Assembly: GCA_973895155.1 (NCBI GenBank)
Contig: OZ316891.1
Location: 12,646,771 to 12,710,770, forward strand
From: Marsupella aquatica
Lineage: Eukaryota > Plantae > Marchantiophyta
DNA: 64,000 nucleotides
Direction of reading: 5' to 3'
Within the stretch, counting starts at the first letter, position 1. The number at the start of each line of letters is the position of its first letter. Position numbers and translations under genes: made by a program. Of the stretch, positions 48,575 through 61,492 are shown one piece after another. Below the pieces are notes generated by a model, which saw only the letters and a program-made list of their open reading frames with translations, was not told the origin of the DNA and ran no database searches.

Positions 48575-51500
48575 ATGGGAGGTGCCAAGTCGCAAAAGAA
48601 TAAGGCGCACAAGACGAAATTTGCTTCGAAGTCGTCTCGCAATGCTCACAAGTTAGCCGGTGGTACCGGTGAGGGACTCGGTGCAATTTCGCCTCAGAGA
48701 TGCAATAATCGTGGGTTTGTGTGCTTTGTGCAGGCCTCCTATTCCAGAAGATCAGAAAATTCAGCTTGAATCGCTCCGTCGATGACTTTGTCTCTCCATT
48801 TTCCAGTAGAAGTTGGATGAACTGTGCTGTCAAAGATTATGATGAGGTTTAATGAAGTGGAGCTGAATGAATTCGGTTCACTACAGGCGCAAAAGGGTCT
48901 GGAAGAGCGGTCGTACGTACAGCAGCAAATGGCCAACGCGCCAGAGATTTGAGACTCCAGCGCAATAAGAATGTATGTGCTCAACGTCTCCCATTGGCAG
49001 GAGAGAGGGATTCTCCGCTCCGCAATATATGTCAAGTACTTGGTTTTGATCAATTTCGATCACTATACCCCACTCTGGAATCTGAGTGTGACTGGCCGGA
49101 TTTTGTCATATCAGATACGAGACCACAAACGTGCCACCGCGTTGGCGGAGAAGCGTGCTACTAGCGGAATCTCTAGTTCTCCTCGTGTCTTGGTAAGTCA
49201 GATATCTGGAATTCGCTGTTTGCAAATTTGTTTTGCAGCTGATGGTCGCGTGCCTGTGGTGAAATGGACCATGTGTGTGGAGCTACATTCGTTTAACACA
49301 TTTTTGTGAGATTAGGTACCCTTACGGAATAATTTTGAAAAGCTTCGCGTAATCCGTTGTAGGATCTTCAACGGGCCCTTCCCTTTTTACTGCTACGCTG
49401 GACAATGAATGCTGGGATTCAATGTTGCTGCATCCGTCTCATCTCTTATTGTTCCTTCTTCCCTGTTCGTAATGTTGCAGGCAATTGTGGCTCTTTGTTT
49501 AGACATTGACGTGGAGCAATTGAATAGACGGCTTGTTTCTTTTGCTTCAGCAGAAGAGCCTACCTTGATCTCTGCGCCAATAGTCGATGATGCTATGGAG
49601 ACGGAGGAACCAGTGACGAAAGAAACAGGACGAAGAACTGTCGTTGCCCCACGAGTCAAGCTGAGATTATCTGTAAGCTACCCACTTCGTTGAAAAATAG
49701 TTACCTGATGCCTAGAGTCTGAATTCGATCTATGACAACGAGTTACTGTGTTGCGGTCCACTCATGTTCGATGGCTGAAAATTCAACCTGGATAGCACAT
49801 CTCTGGCTTGGAAACTTCCTCGCAATTTGGCCTACTCTTTCACTGATCCATGACATCAACACTTTAAACCCTGCAAAAATACTGATCAAGCTAAAAGAAT
49901 TGGAAGATTACCTCAGCGACGAGACAGATCATTCTTTCCTGCTGGTGATTTAAAAATAAATTCTAATGGATTGAGGAGTTTTCTTGGACTTGGTTTTTCC
50001 CGAAGTTTCGTTTGTGTTTTGCATTTTGTTCGTGTTTTTGAGTATTTCGTCATCCCGGATAACAAACCTCATGCCTTGTAGATTGAGAAGGCATCTTTTG
50101 TGTATGATTAAGTCACCACATTATGGTTTGTCCTTGGTATCTGGTTGCCATTCAATACAACTAAAGGAGAATCTGCTCTTCATGTGTTGGTTTTAATGTT
50201 GAAGGTTTTGGAAGCCCCACGCGATGATCTCCAAGCCTGCTTAGAAGTAGCTAAGGTAGGAAATTTCTCAACACTGCACCCTGATGGTTCTTGCCATGTT
50301 ATTCTAAATGCGCTTTGAATTGCACCCTCCCCTCAGTTATAACATTGCCTTCCCATGTCGGCTTTAGGCTGCCCTTAGGGGGTCATAGAAATAATTTGAG
50401 GATTCATAGATTTTTGTTGGTTATTTCTTATCCTGGATGTGATGATCATGTCTCCATCTCCAGGTAGCAGATATCATCGCCTTCGCTGTGCCAGGTTCTG
50501 CAGACGGGGAGTATGTGGACAAGAAAGGAAAGGTGATCCTTTCTATGCTGCGAGGAGCAGGTTTTCCGACCACTGTTGGCGTTATTGTGGTAAAGTGATA
50601 TTTTGAATTATTTGGAGCTCTTTGTGGAATAAAAGTCGTGGGCTTTTTTGTTTAGTTGTGACTACACGTCATGCTGTAAAGGAATCCTGCCATGAATTTA
50701 TACTTGTTGAAACTCACGTAGTTTTGCCGTTGGTATAATGTAATCAGGGTTTGGGAGATATTCCTCGCAAGAGACAGGCAGACGCTAAGAAGGCTGCTTT
50801 AGCAGCTCTACAGGCAGAGCTTCCTGAAGATAGTAAATGTTTCTCTGCAGATAGTGCCGATGACTTCCAACAGGTATGAAATGGATTCCCGGGATTGCGA
50901 ACTGTTTGTTTTCACTTTTGTACTCGTAGAAGTGTATTTCGCTTGGTTGTAGCATGGTGTTTTTTGGTGTTGCTGGTGGGTTTAGATAGCTGTGTCGAAG
51001 GACAGTACGTGATAATATTGTAGGTTCCAATACGATCAGATTTGTAGATATCCTGGTGTACTCCCTGGTGTCGGGTCGAAAGAAGGTCGAAAACTGACAC
51101 AGATTTCTGGCTCAGATCATGAGGCATCTTGCAGACCAACGAATTTCCGGGCCTCAGTGGCGCAGTGAACGACCCTATGTTGTAGCCGAAGAGGTAAAAC
51201 TTTCTCTCAATATGAAATCGTATGTATATAATTTTTAGACCTAGTCTTTTGGTCTATGTATCGGAAGGTTAATTTAGTTCGTCATGGACATCGGAACTGT
51301 AATGGCTAAGCGGATAGCAATAACCTGGAAGAAATGTGAGTGAAATGGACAAAAAAGAAGAATGAAAGATTTAGGGGTTAGAGCTACACTGCTCTTGGAT
51401 CACATAACTAGTTAGTCTCATAGCAAATATACAGCTCGTACCACTAAGCAATTACACGTTTCGGCTGCTGCTGATTTCATGTTTACATTTGTGGGTTTTT

Positions 51501-54500
51501 TACCGGTGCAGCTAGAACTAGTGGAAAATACAACAGATACAGGAAATTTGCTTCTGTCTGGGTATGTTCGTGGGCGAGGTATCTCCGTGAACCAATTGGT
51601 GAGGGCCCTGACCTGTGCCAATTTTCGGTCGATTTTATGCCATTATCTCTTCTAAATGCTGGAGTTGGTTCATAGCTCGGTCCCTCAGCCGTCGACTTGT
51701 TTGATCTGTTTGTGTAACTTTTTGAGAGTCCTATCTAAATATGCGCTGGAATATGTTACAGGTCCATCTGGCAGGAATTGGAGACTTTCAATTCAGTCAG
51801 ATTGACATTCTTGAAGATCCATACCCTCTCCGCCAGCATTGCAAAGCAGCTGGCAATGGGACGAAAGGGTCAACGATGCTTGAAGACGATTCTGTCGGTC
51901 AAAAGGTCTGCTTTTAGGCTTTGAATGACATAGATGCTATTTGGAGCCTAACAGGGTCAATTCGAATATCTTTTGGGAGCTTTGTTTGCTGCCTTCTTTG
52001 AGCTGAGAATATTTTCCTACATCTTCTGCCTCAACTGTGTTACAGTATGGTTCTTGAACATAGACGTAGGATGCGGGCCAAGATGGGCAGTCACCGCCAC
52101 CTTATAACAATCCTTGGGAGCTGACCTTCGCATTTTCCTAGACGTAATTTAGTCAAGGAGGTAACATTACAGGGCATTGTAGGCAACGTTTAGATTTAGT
52201 GGCAACGGAGGAGACCAAAAACTGGCTATGTCTCATGACGTGTCACTGAATGCAGGCAATGCTTCCAGATCCAGCACTACAAGAGGTTGTGGTTGTGGAG
52301 AATACTCCTGATTTGTTGGCTGGGGAGCAGGTAATGCGCAGGCTTGATATGGCTCTGTTGCTCATCGTATCGATAGCTATTACTGGGCTGTGGAATATTT
52401 TTGATGTCGTTAGGAAACACAATGGAGGCTTTAAGAGTGCTTCGTTGTCTCTGATTTATTGCTGAGCAAGGTAAAGGTACTATTGTCAAATGTGGAAAAG
52501 TGGTCGTTTGGGGATAATTTGTTCAGTTAGGAAAGCCCCTAATGGTTCCTTGTGCACTATAATTGCAGACATGGCCAACCGAGGAAGAGCTATCTAGGGC
52601 TGGTGAGGAAAGGCGTAGAAGACTAAAACAGCGACTGCTACCCAAAGGGACGTCTGACTATCAGGTAAGAGACTTCTTGTCGCTTTGAAGGTTGACAAGG
52701 GACCTATCGGTTTGAGAGAATAAGTGAACTAAATAGAATAAGTGGATAAGAAAGGGAATGACGAGTCACTGTACTGGTTTGTTGTTACGAACCTTACAGT
52801 GTTGGAGCAAAACGTCTTATCAAGTGTTGTGATGTACAGGCTTCTTGGATTGTAGATGACTCGGATAAGGAGAATGAAGGAGATGATGACTCTGAAGAGG
52901 GATCGATGAGGGCAGAAAGCAAGAGTGAGCATGGCGATGAAGAGAATAGCGTTCTTTCAGAGGATGATGAGATGAGCTATCAAAGAGGCGTTCCAAGCTC
53001 GAAGGCAGATTCTGTTTGGGATGAAGATGAAGATGATCAAAGTGAGATGATGGTACGAGACTGCCCTTTTGTTTTTGCCTGGTCTTCACATCAAATTGGT
53101 TTTCCCGTGTGCGGACTGGCAAGTTTGAAAACCATTCATATGCTGCTGGATTGGAAGGCAATGTTATCCTCAAGATTCGTGGTAGAAGAATTGTCTGGGT
53201 CTGAGTCCCTGGATAATTGGCTATTTGTATTTCTTTTGTCCAAGTGCTTAACATGGTTCAGTTTTGAAAGTGTTGCTCTGGAGCTAATCCGGAGACATTG
53301 AACTTTCGTTCAGGACGGTGAGGAACTGACATCAGAGCAAAGGGACGAAGAAATACGAAGGCTCAGATCAGCTCACAGGACCAATGAAGGCAAGTGAGAT
53401 CATCGTTTCAATGCTTCACCCGAATTTCTGTTTTTATCAGGGATATGCTGTAAATTCCATTCTTGTGTGCTAAGGCTCATCAATGTGCTTGGTGGTATCA
53501 TTTGTGTTACCTGCATATTGTTGTCCTGCTTTCATAATTATCTTCTTGTCCTAGCGCTTCCGTAGCAGCAAGATGCCTTTAGCATTATTGCACCAAATTG
53601 ACGGGAAGTAATGTCATCGGATATGCAGAGTTCCCTGACGAAATTGATACACCTACTGATAAGCCAGCCAGAGAAAGATTTACCAAGTACAGAGGTCTAA
53701 AATCATTTCGAACTTCACCTTGGGACCCTAAGGTTAGTTGAGAGAGAACTTTGGAATTTTGATTGTACAGAATAAGCTCAATGAACTTAGTTTTCCATGA
53801 ATAGACAGTAATCGTCGTGTTGCTTTTGTGTATTGTGCAGGAATCTCTGCCTTCCGAGTATTCCAGAGTTTTTTCCTTTGACAATTTTGTACGAACCCAC
53901 AAGCACGTGCTATCCAAAGCCAGAGAAATAGATCAGGGTGGTGTTGCTGGATCTATAAGCATGAACACATATGTGAGACTGTACATCAAGGATGTGCCTC
54001 GGAGCGCAGCATTAGCACTCTTGACAAAATTTAAACGAGTTCCTGTTATTGCCTGTGGCCTGCTACAGCATGAGTCGAAAATGTCAGTCCTACACTTTAG
54101 GTACGCATGCCAAACGATTTAACAATCAGTACCTGTGAATGTTTGTCTGAAGTATCCATGCAACGAGAACGATATGATTTGAGTGCCCGTGCCACATGGG
54201 CATCTGTCGGAACATTTGGACAAATCTGAGCCTCAACTTTGCTCTTCAGTTGCTGGGGAGGATTTTCAATGAGAAATTTCCACCGTTGAGAGCTCCAGCT
54301 ATTTCTGTCATTGTGGAAATGTTGTGACTTGTAGTCGCTCTCTGTCAATACGTCTCACTGAGAACAATTTGCTAATGACTGATCTGGTGGGTGCTGATAG
54401 GCTAAGAAAGCATGAAGGATATTCGGAACCAATCAAATCAAAGGAGTCACTGATATTTCATACAGGGTTTAGGCACTACAGCACGAGGTATGCCTTCCTT

Positions 54501-55679
54501 GCGAGCCAAGCACTACACGTAGTCTTTGTCCCGTAAAGAATCTTAGTTGAAAATCTAACCGAGTTCTTGACGAATTAGTCTTGTAAATTTTCTACTGACG
54601 ATCGTATTTGGTGTTATTGAAAGTGGCGAAATGTTTGTTTTTTGTTGTGTTTTCAGGCCTATATTTTCTTCCGATGATCTGAACATGGATAAGCATAAGT
54701 TTGAAAGGTTTCTTCCCCCTGGCCAGTTTGCAATGGCATCGGTCTTTGCACCCATTTCATTTCCGACGCTCCCTGTCATTGTCTTTAAAGAAACTTCAGA
54801 TGGGGTCCAGCTTGTTGCTTCAGGTTCGCTTCGAAGTGCTGATCCTGATCAGATCATACTGAAGAGGATCGTCCTCTCCGGGTATCGTTCCTTAACACTT
54901 CTTCTGCAATCATGCTTAATTAGGAAAGTGTCGTTCTTAAGCACAATGTTAGCCAACATTTGGTTCAAAGTAGGGATTCTTAGCAACAGATTATGTCAAT
55001 TTTGTTGATTTTTCTTTGACTGCAGATTCCCTCAGAAAGTATCAAAACGGAAAGCAGTTGTGCGGTTTTTGTTTCACAATGCTCAAGATGTGCGATGGTT
55101 TAAGGTAAGCTTCCACCGCCCGCCCCCCCCCCCCCCAAATTCCTCCTGCTTTAACATTTATGACGTTGTCAGTCCTGGTCAGTTGCAATCAAATAAACTT
55201 CATGACGACCACTTCCGTTTTGTGATCAAGGCGGTGATAATATTATACAGAATCTACTTCGACCCGTTGTATATATTGTGAACATTAGCTAGTATCAGAA
55301 TGTGAGTCTTTCATCAGAATAGAAGCCGGAATTCAGTGAGGGTCCTGTCGCTACTCCTCTGCAGTGTAAGTTTCTGATAGAGTTGATAAATTTGCAGCCT
55401 CTGGAATTATGGACGAAGTATGGGAGACGAGGTCGAATCAAAGAACCTGTGGGCACTCACGGTATGCTTCATTCCTTGGAACGGATCCTGATTTGATCAG
55501 TTGATTTCGTCAGCAGGGTTGCTCTGTACAATTCTGCAAGTTTGTTGGGTGTCTCATTCTGCTTGACTATGTTCTCTGCAGGGTCGGCGAAATGTATTTT
55601 TGATGGAGTGGTTCAACAACGTGATGCGGTGTGTGTTAGCTTGTATAAGCGAGTGTACCCTAAATGGCCGTCACAATAA
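48575..55679 (+). CDS. TSR1: Pre-rRNA processing protein TSR1 (BMS1/TSR1 family), many exons
   Basis: Start [22 protein letters not shown]; [120 protein letters not shown]; stop TAA 55677-55679. Confidence 0.92.
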
Positions 55680-56681
55680 AGATCTTCCCTATATACACTT
55701 GAATTGGGACCTGAATGCTGTGTTGTAAACTTGTAAATTACGTTGTTGTTTCTCATTTCTGCATTCAGTCTCAAAAAATTTTAAGGTCATGACTGCCAAT
55801 GTGTGTTTTACTTGGCTAAAGCTGGGAACTGTCTCGGTTGGGCTTCGTGAGCAACTGTTTCTGCTCTCCCGATGAAAACTCGAGCTACTGAGAAGGTTTG
55901 TTCTCAGGATTATACGAGCCACAGGCGTTGGGTCTCCTGTTACAGTAGCCCTGAGGTAGGGTACTGTAGTGGCCAAATGAGTTGACCTAGAGCTTCTCAG
56001 GCGATGTGCCTTGAGTGCTTCATTTTCTTGCTGCTCTGTTGTTCGAATCTACGTTGTGTTCAGGTTGTGAAATCCATTCGTCCACGCTGCAGCATTCAGG
56101 GTTGGCGTGTTTTCGATGATTATACTCTTGTTCTACCTCAGACATATCGTGGTGAACTTTTATGATATCCGTTGTATGAGAATAACACGCCAGCCGCTAA
56201 TGCACTCGGAGCTGCTGTGGATGAATCCTTCTCAGATAGACAATGGGACGAAAGTCCTTTACTATTCTTGTTGGTGTAATGAATCCAACATACTAAGGTT
56301 CTATTTCCCTGACTCGACAGGGCAATATATTCTCCTACTAAAAAATTCTCCTCAATCTCCATGACTCAGAAAGGAGATTCCGGACTCCATGTAAACGCGT
56401 TGTGGAAAGGGGTTTCGGCTATACAGTCAGTGCGGAAAATTCCAGGCAGGATTCTGTGGACGGTTCGAGAGGATGAGTTCTGCAGAACCAAATCAATCCA
56501 AGCTTCACTAATTAAGATCAAGGGCTGACAAGTGTAATGCCAGCCTAGAGCACCTGCTAGAGTGAGAAACGAAAGTTACGCACTGAAATCTGAAAAGGAG
56601 ACATCCTGCCCGAGTGAGCGCCCCTACATCTCATTGACGAGTACCCGGCTGCCTTTGCAAGCTATAGGGTGTATGTTAATC

Positions 56682-57956
56682 TGTGTATGGGTGTAACTTG
56701 CACATGAATGCCGGTGGCCTTGGTTTTGTGCACATTTATTGTGTGACGCTATCGACAGCCTCCAATCTTATTGCATTTTTTATACAACTAGCCCCCATTA
56801 TCTAAAGAATCAAGAGTACAATAAAAATATTACCAAAATATATTTTTTATTCACAATTTTTAAATATCATTAAAATATATTTTTTATTTACATTTTTGAA
56901 TGATAAAAAAAATTATATATTTTCATTTTAATAATCATTTTCTTTTTCTATGTACATATGTTATGGTGTACATATTTTTTATGTAAATAAAAATCATAAC
57001 AAAAAACATGTATGATTATTATTTGACATATATCATAATCATAAGTTAATCATGACAAAAAGTTCTATGTTCTATGTACATATGTCATGGTGTAAGCATA
57101 AAATATATATTTTAATGCAAATAAAAATATGACAAAAAACATGCATTATTATTATTTATGTACCCCATTAGAGATCCTTTCCAGAATTCCTGGTTTCACA
57201 GTGTGTCACAATCATCATGGTATGGTATGTCACAAACAGGAAATGACTTATTTTTGGATAAAATTAATTTCTATATTCATGTTTTTGACTGTAAAAAGTA
57301 GGATGTCATGCCATAAAAAAAAATGTAAAAAAAATTGACATGAAAATTAAAAAAAATTAAAAATTGACATAAAAATCAAAAGATAAAAAAATTGGGGTAA
57401 AATTGTTCCCAGTAAAAGTTTTATTTTCATTTTATTTTATTTAAAACATAAAATTTTACTAACAATAATTTTTGATTTGATATTGTTGAGTTAAATCATA
57501 ATGAAAATTCACGTATAATGTGGCGTTGGAAAGATCTTGAAGAGACGGTTGTGATGAGCTCAGAATTGTTACCATTAGATTTGGAGGTCCATCTAGGCTT
57601 CAAAATCTAGATAACTACCTCTAAAATAAAATGGGGGTCCACGGATTAATTGACATATATCATAATCATAAGTCAATCATGACAAAAGCATGTATGATTA
57701 TTATTTGACATATATCATAATCATAAATTTTTTGTCCACATGATGAGCCATGGTGTTATGGTCTAGATATTGGCCTAGATACTTCACTTTGAAAACCTAG
57801 ACCAACACTCTAGCTAATAGGTGGCACTTTATAAGAAAGATTGTCAATGGCATGTATGCGGGGTGTAACTTGCATATGAATGCAGGTGGCCTTGGTTTTG
57901 CGTACATTTATTGTGAGACCCCACCGACAATCTCCAATCATATTGCATTTTTGATA
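56682..57956. repeat. ~100 bp direct repeats (~56682-56784 and ~57853-57956) enclosing a ~1.07 kb very AT-rich, internally repetitive segment
   Basis: gggtgtaacttgca(c/t)atgaatgc.ggtggccttggttttg...ctccaatc.tattgcattttt at both ends; internal repeats of catgtatgattattatttgacatatatcataatcataa. Confidence 0.75.
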
Positions 57957-58294
57957 GTTACAATTTTCAAGGGCACGGACTGGCTAGGCATTGAACCTGG
58001 GGCCTTCCTTATACAAGGTAGTGCTCTACCATTGAGCTATAGGCCTTTCATGCCTGCATCTATCTATCATCAAGTAGAGTGTGGTTCATTTCCAACACCC
58101 TCCCTTGAGCCACACTTGCTTCAAGTGGAATTTCCTATCTTTGGCTTTGATATCATGTTGGAATTGTCAACAGCTTGGATCAGCTAGGAATTAAACCTAG
58201 TACCTTCCAATGTACATGGTAGTGCTCTACCACCGAGCCACAGGCCCTCCATGCCTGCATCCATCATCCTTTAGAATGTGGTTCATTTCCAAGA
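57956..58294 (-). mobile_element. Miniature LTR retroelement (TRIM) with tRNA-like sequence in both LTRs
   Basis: LTRs ~57956-58097 and 58156-58294; 58 bp internal part reads on the minus strand TGATATCAAAGCC (Met-tRNA PBS-like) ... AAGGGAGGG (PPT); each LTR has A- and B-box-like motifs. Confidence 0.78.
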
Positions 58295-59114
58295 GAGACT
58301 CACATGTGAACAGTACAATGACCACAACCAAATACACTGAACTGATAATGAGTCATAGAGAAGGCACCTGCACAATTGTAAGTGCAACGACCATAATAAA
58401 GGAACACACCCTGTTGTTTATTGTTACAGGCATGTTTTTATTGTTAACTCTACATAGTCTGTTAAATTTGAGTGATTTATTTACCAAAATCAACTAGCCA
58501 GACCTGACTCTACATATATCTAATGATCATAATTTGACCATACAAGTCAAGTACAACATATTTGTTGAGAAGGCTTCTCAACTTGCCAAAAGTGCCACTT
58601 ACCCAATGAAAAACTTGATAGGACCATAGGAAGAAAGCAACCCCTGACAAGCCCCCTTATTTTGAAAGGGACTTCTCGGGGCCCCCACTCCCTGCCACAT
58701 TTGTACAGCACATGCCAGAGCCCTATTCTCTCTCCGTGATGTAGTTGTCAATGCATGTTCTTGACTCCAACATGGTCATTGTGCTCCACAGGCAACCAGG
58801 CCGTCATGGTGTTGTCCCTGGTTGCCCTCCCACAAGTTGGCTACAGCCCTAAGTAGTCTGAAGGGTGTTGAGAGTCCTCTTACTCCTGACCCAAATTGTC
58901 AATCTGCCTTGTGTGTAAAACAAATAGTTCAGCGCTTCGGCTAATTGGAAGTCACAACATTGAGGAGTAATAGTAATGGCACCTTCCAGACTACTATGGA
59001 CACCTTTTGTACGTCTGGGCACACTTCAGAGTACTCATTAGTAGACTCTCCCCATCCCCAATAGGGTGTCTCAAACTTTCAGGTTCGTAGAAAAAACTTG
59101 TCCCGAAAGTAGCT

Positions 59115-59459
59115 TGTTGAGCATAGACGACAATCGCAATGGCAAGCCCATGAACCATCTAACGTACAAGAGTCGACATAGAGAGATACGTGGTTCACCT
59201 CCACATGAGGCTACGTCCACGGGAACACACATGAGCTTGACTGCACTCTAGGCCAACCGGCCATACCAAGCATCCGCAGCGCAAACTCTCTCTATCTCTC
59301 AACTAGCTCTGTAACAATGCGCCTAAGTTCTCGCTCTCCAAGCAAGCACCGCTTGGTTATAGAGTGTGCACAACATGACTAACCTAACCAAGTCTGCAAC
59401 TAAGGTTAGCCTTAACTACGGTACAGTCGTAACTCTAGACCTAAGAGTAAATTCTAACA
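59115..59459 (-). mobile_element. Solo LTR, copia-type (copy 3)
   Basis: TGTTGAGCA...CTAACA termini; flanks TAGCT / TAGCA (4 of 5 TSD match); colinear with 8371-8728. Confidence 0.8.
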
Positions 59460-60044
59460 TAGCAGTTTTGGTCAAGAGTGTGCGGACAAGCATTTCTTTG
59501 TGTCCGCCTCTTTTTTCAGGGAAATCTCCTTGATCACGGCTGGAGGCAAAACAAAGAAGATTGAGACTCCCTAATAGTGGGTTGTGTATTCATTTTTGCC
59601 TTGAAAGGAAATAAGGAAGAACCTAACTAGACTCTCCACCCCAATAGCTTGGGAGTTTGACTTCCACAAAAATGAGACATCATTTGCAACAAAGTATAAG
59701 GTCATTTTATTAGCTCTAGGGGAAAACTTAAAATTTTTCTCATAAGAACAATAGGGTCTTCCAATTTTTAGACTTCTAAGAACATTTTCTAAGAACATTA
59801 CACTATTCCAACTTTATAGGGGTTGGGGAGGCCTCCATATAGTGAGACCCCTGAGCCCAATAGTAACATCCATTCATTGTAGGGAACCCATGTCAGGGTG
59901 AGCCCCCACTTATCCAACACAAACCTGCACCAAGAGGGAGAGAGGATTAAATCAGGGGCAACCAGGAGCCAAGAAGATAATCAAAACTCTCATCCATTGC
60001 CCACAAAATCTATCCCACCCACAAACTAATACTCTCCACGCCCC

Positions 60045-60115
60045 TGTGTGTGTAAGGGGGATTGAACCTGGGACCTGTCAATTCTAGGCTGATCCCCTAG
60101 CCAACTGACATAAGC
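60045..60115 (-). mobile_element. Degenerate tRNA-derived (SINE-like) sequence
   Basis: Minus strand: gtcagttggctagg ... ggtcccaGGTTCAATCCCcc (B-box); no complete cloverleaf. Confidence 0.4.
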
Positions 60116-61492
60116 AAGCAATTCTGCCTCTTTCCCTATGTATTTTGGGCAGGTGGCTAACTAAAGATTTCATACACTACTTACAAATAGGATAATGTAC
60201 TGGCTAGATAGGATAATGTACTGGCTAGATGGCATTGTGGGATAGAATGCCCCCCAAAAATGAGGGCTCAGCCCAAGTATTTAGGGGCTTTATTCTCACA
60301 ATTCCCATACTAGGACATTAATAGAAGTAAAAACTTGAGTGATGTTTTGAAACAGACAAGAAAATGTCAACCTATGAAATGGATGGAAACAACTAAAGGG
60401 TCATGCAACAATTTTCTGACATGCCATTGGTTGAAACCCGGAAGAAAATGAAAATATTAAGCCATGCAATACATTATATTCTTGATACAATCCCTCTTCT
60501 ATAAGACATATTTTGTTTTGTTTTATATGAGGAACTGCTTATCTCTTTTATATTCTCCTAGAATTATTATGGTACTTCCCATAATCCCCTCCTCGAAATC
60601 CCTGGTTTGCCCTTCCTCACTGTGCTGCAGCCCTAAATAATGTGTTCTTCCTCATTTCCTTTCAAGACACAAAAAAAAAATACACAAGGAAACACTCAAG
60701 ACTCCAGAACGGTGTATGCATCAAGTCTAGTCTTTCGTTGGCCACCTGCCCAAAATACACACGCAAGGAAACACTTGTCTCCAGAAAAGTGAAAGACTGC
60801 AGATGAAGTGCCCATCCGCGATCCGAGAAGGTGTCGTTTTTCCTGACTCGGTTACTCGACATTGCTCCAGAGCCAAGAGGCACTGCACCAACTACTCCCA
60901 CATTCCACTCCACGACACTAGGAGCGAACGACGTGTTGCTGATGAGCACGGGCTATGGAAGCTCGTACAGCAGCAGCAGTGGTGGAACCGTAAAGCATTG
61001 GATTAGGTGGTACAGATGATGATTCAGATTCCAGAATGATATTGCCCATCACGGTCTGCAGCAGTCGGACCAGGGACTCAGATCAGAGCCTAGTGGTACT
61101 GCAGGGCCCACAATTGTTGGCTGCATTGCATCCTGATTATGATGCGTCCCAGTGGAAATCTCAAGGCCAGCTCGTTAGAACAGCGAAGGGGTGATTCCTG
61201 CGTTTGGCAGCTATGAGATTCAGTACTGTAGCGAAGGATGTCTCTGCTTGTTGTAGTTTTAGCGCAATTGAATGAGGCATTGGTGCATTGGAGGATGGAA
61301 TTATGTGGGTGTTCCTCGGCGACCTGAGTTGCTTGTGAATGGTGAGTGGATTATCGATAGCGATCGTGACATTTGTGAAGCTTTAGAATTTCCCGAGCAG
61401 TGGAGGGTACATTTTTTCCCGGCCTGTATCTCTCTTGATCTTTTGCTGCCTATCAACTCAGGCTTTGAAAGCTGCAAGTGTGGGTTTAGGAT

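Noticed and set aside
57977-58045. Functional tRNA gene
   Set aside because: Acceptor and anticodon stems do not pair properly and no poly-T terminator follows; better explained as part of an LTR
61016-61140. Box C/D snoRNA (ATGATGA ... CTGA) upstream of NAGK
   Set aside because: No terminal stem and no recognisable rRNA-complementary guide
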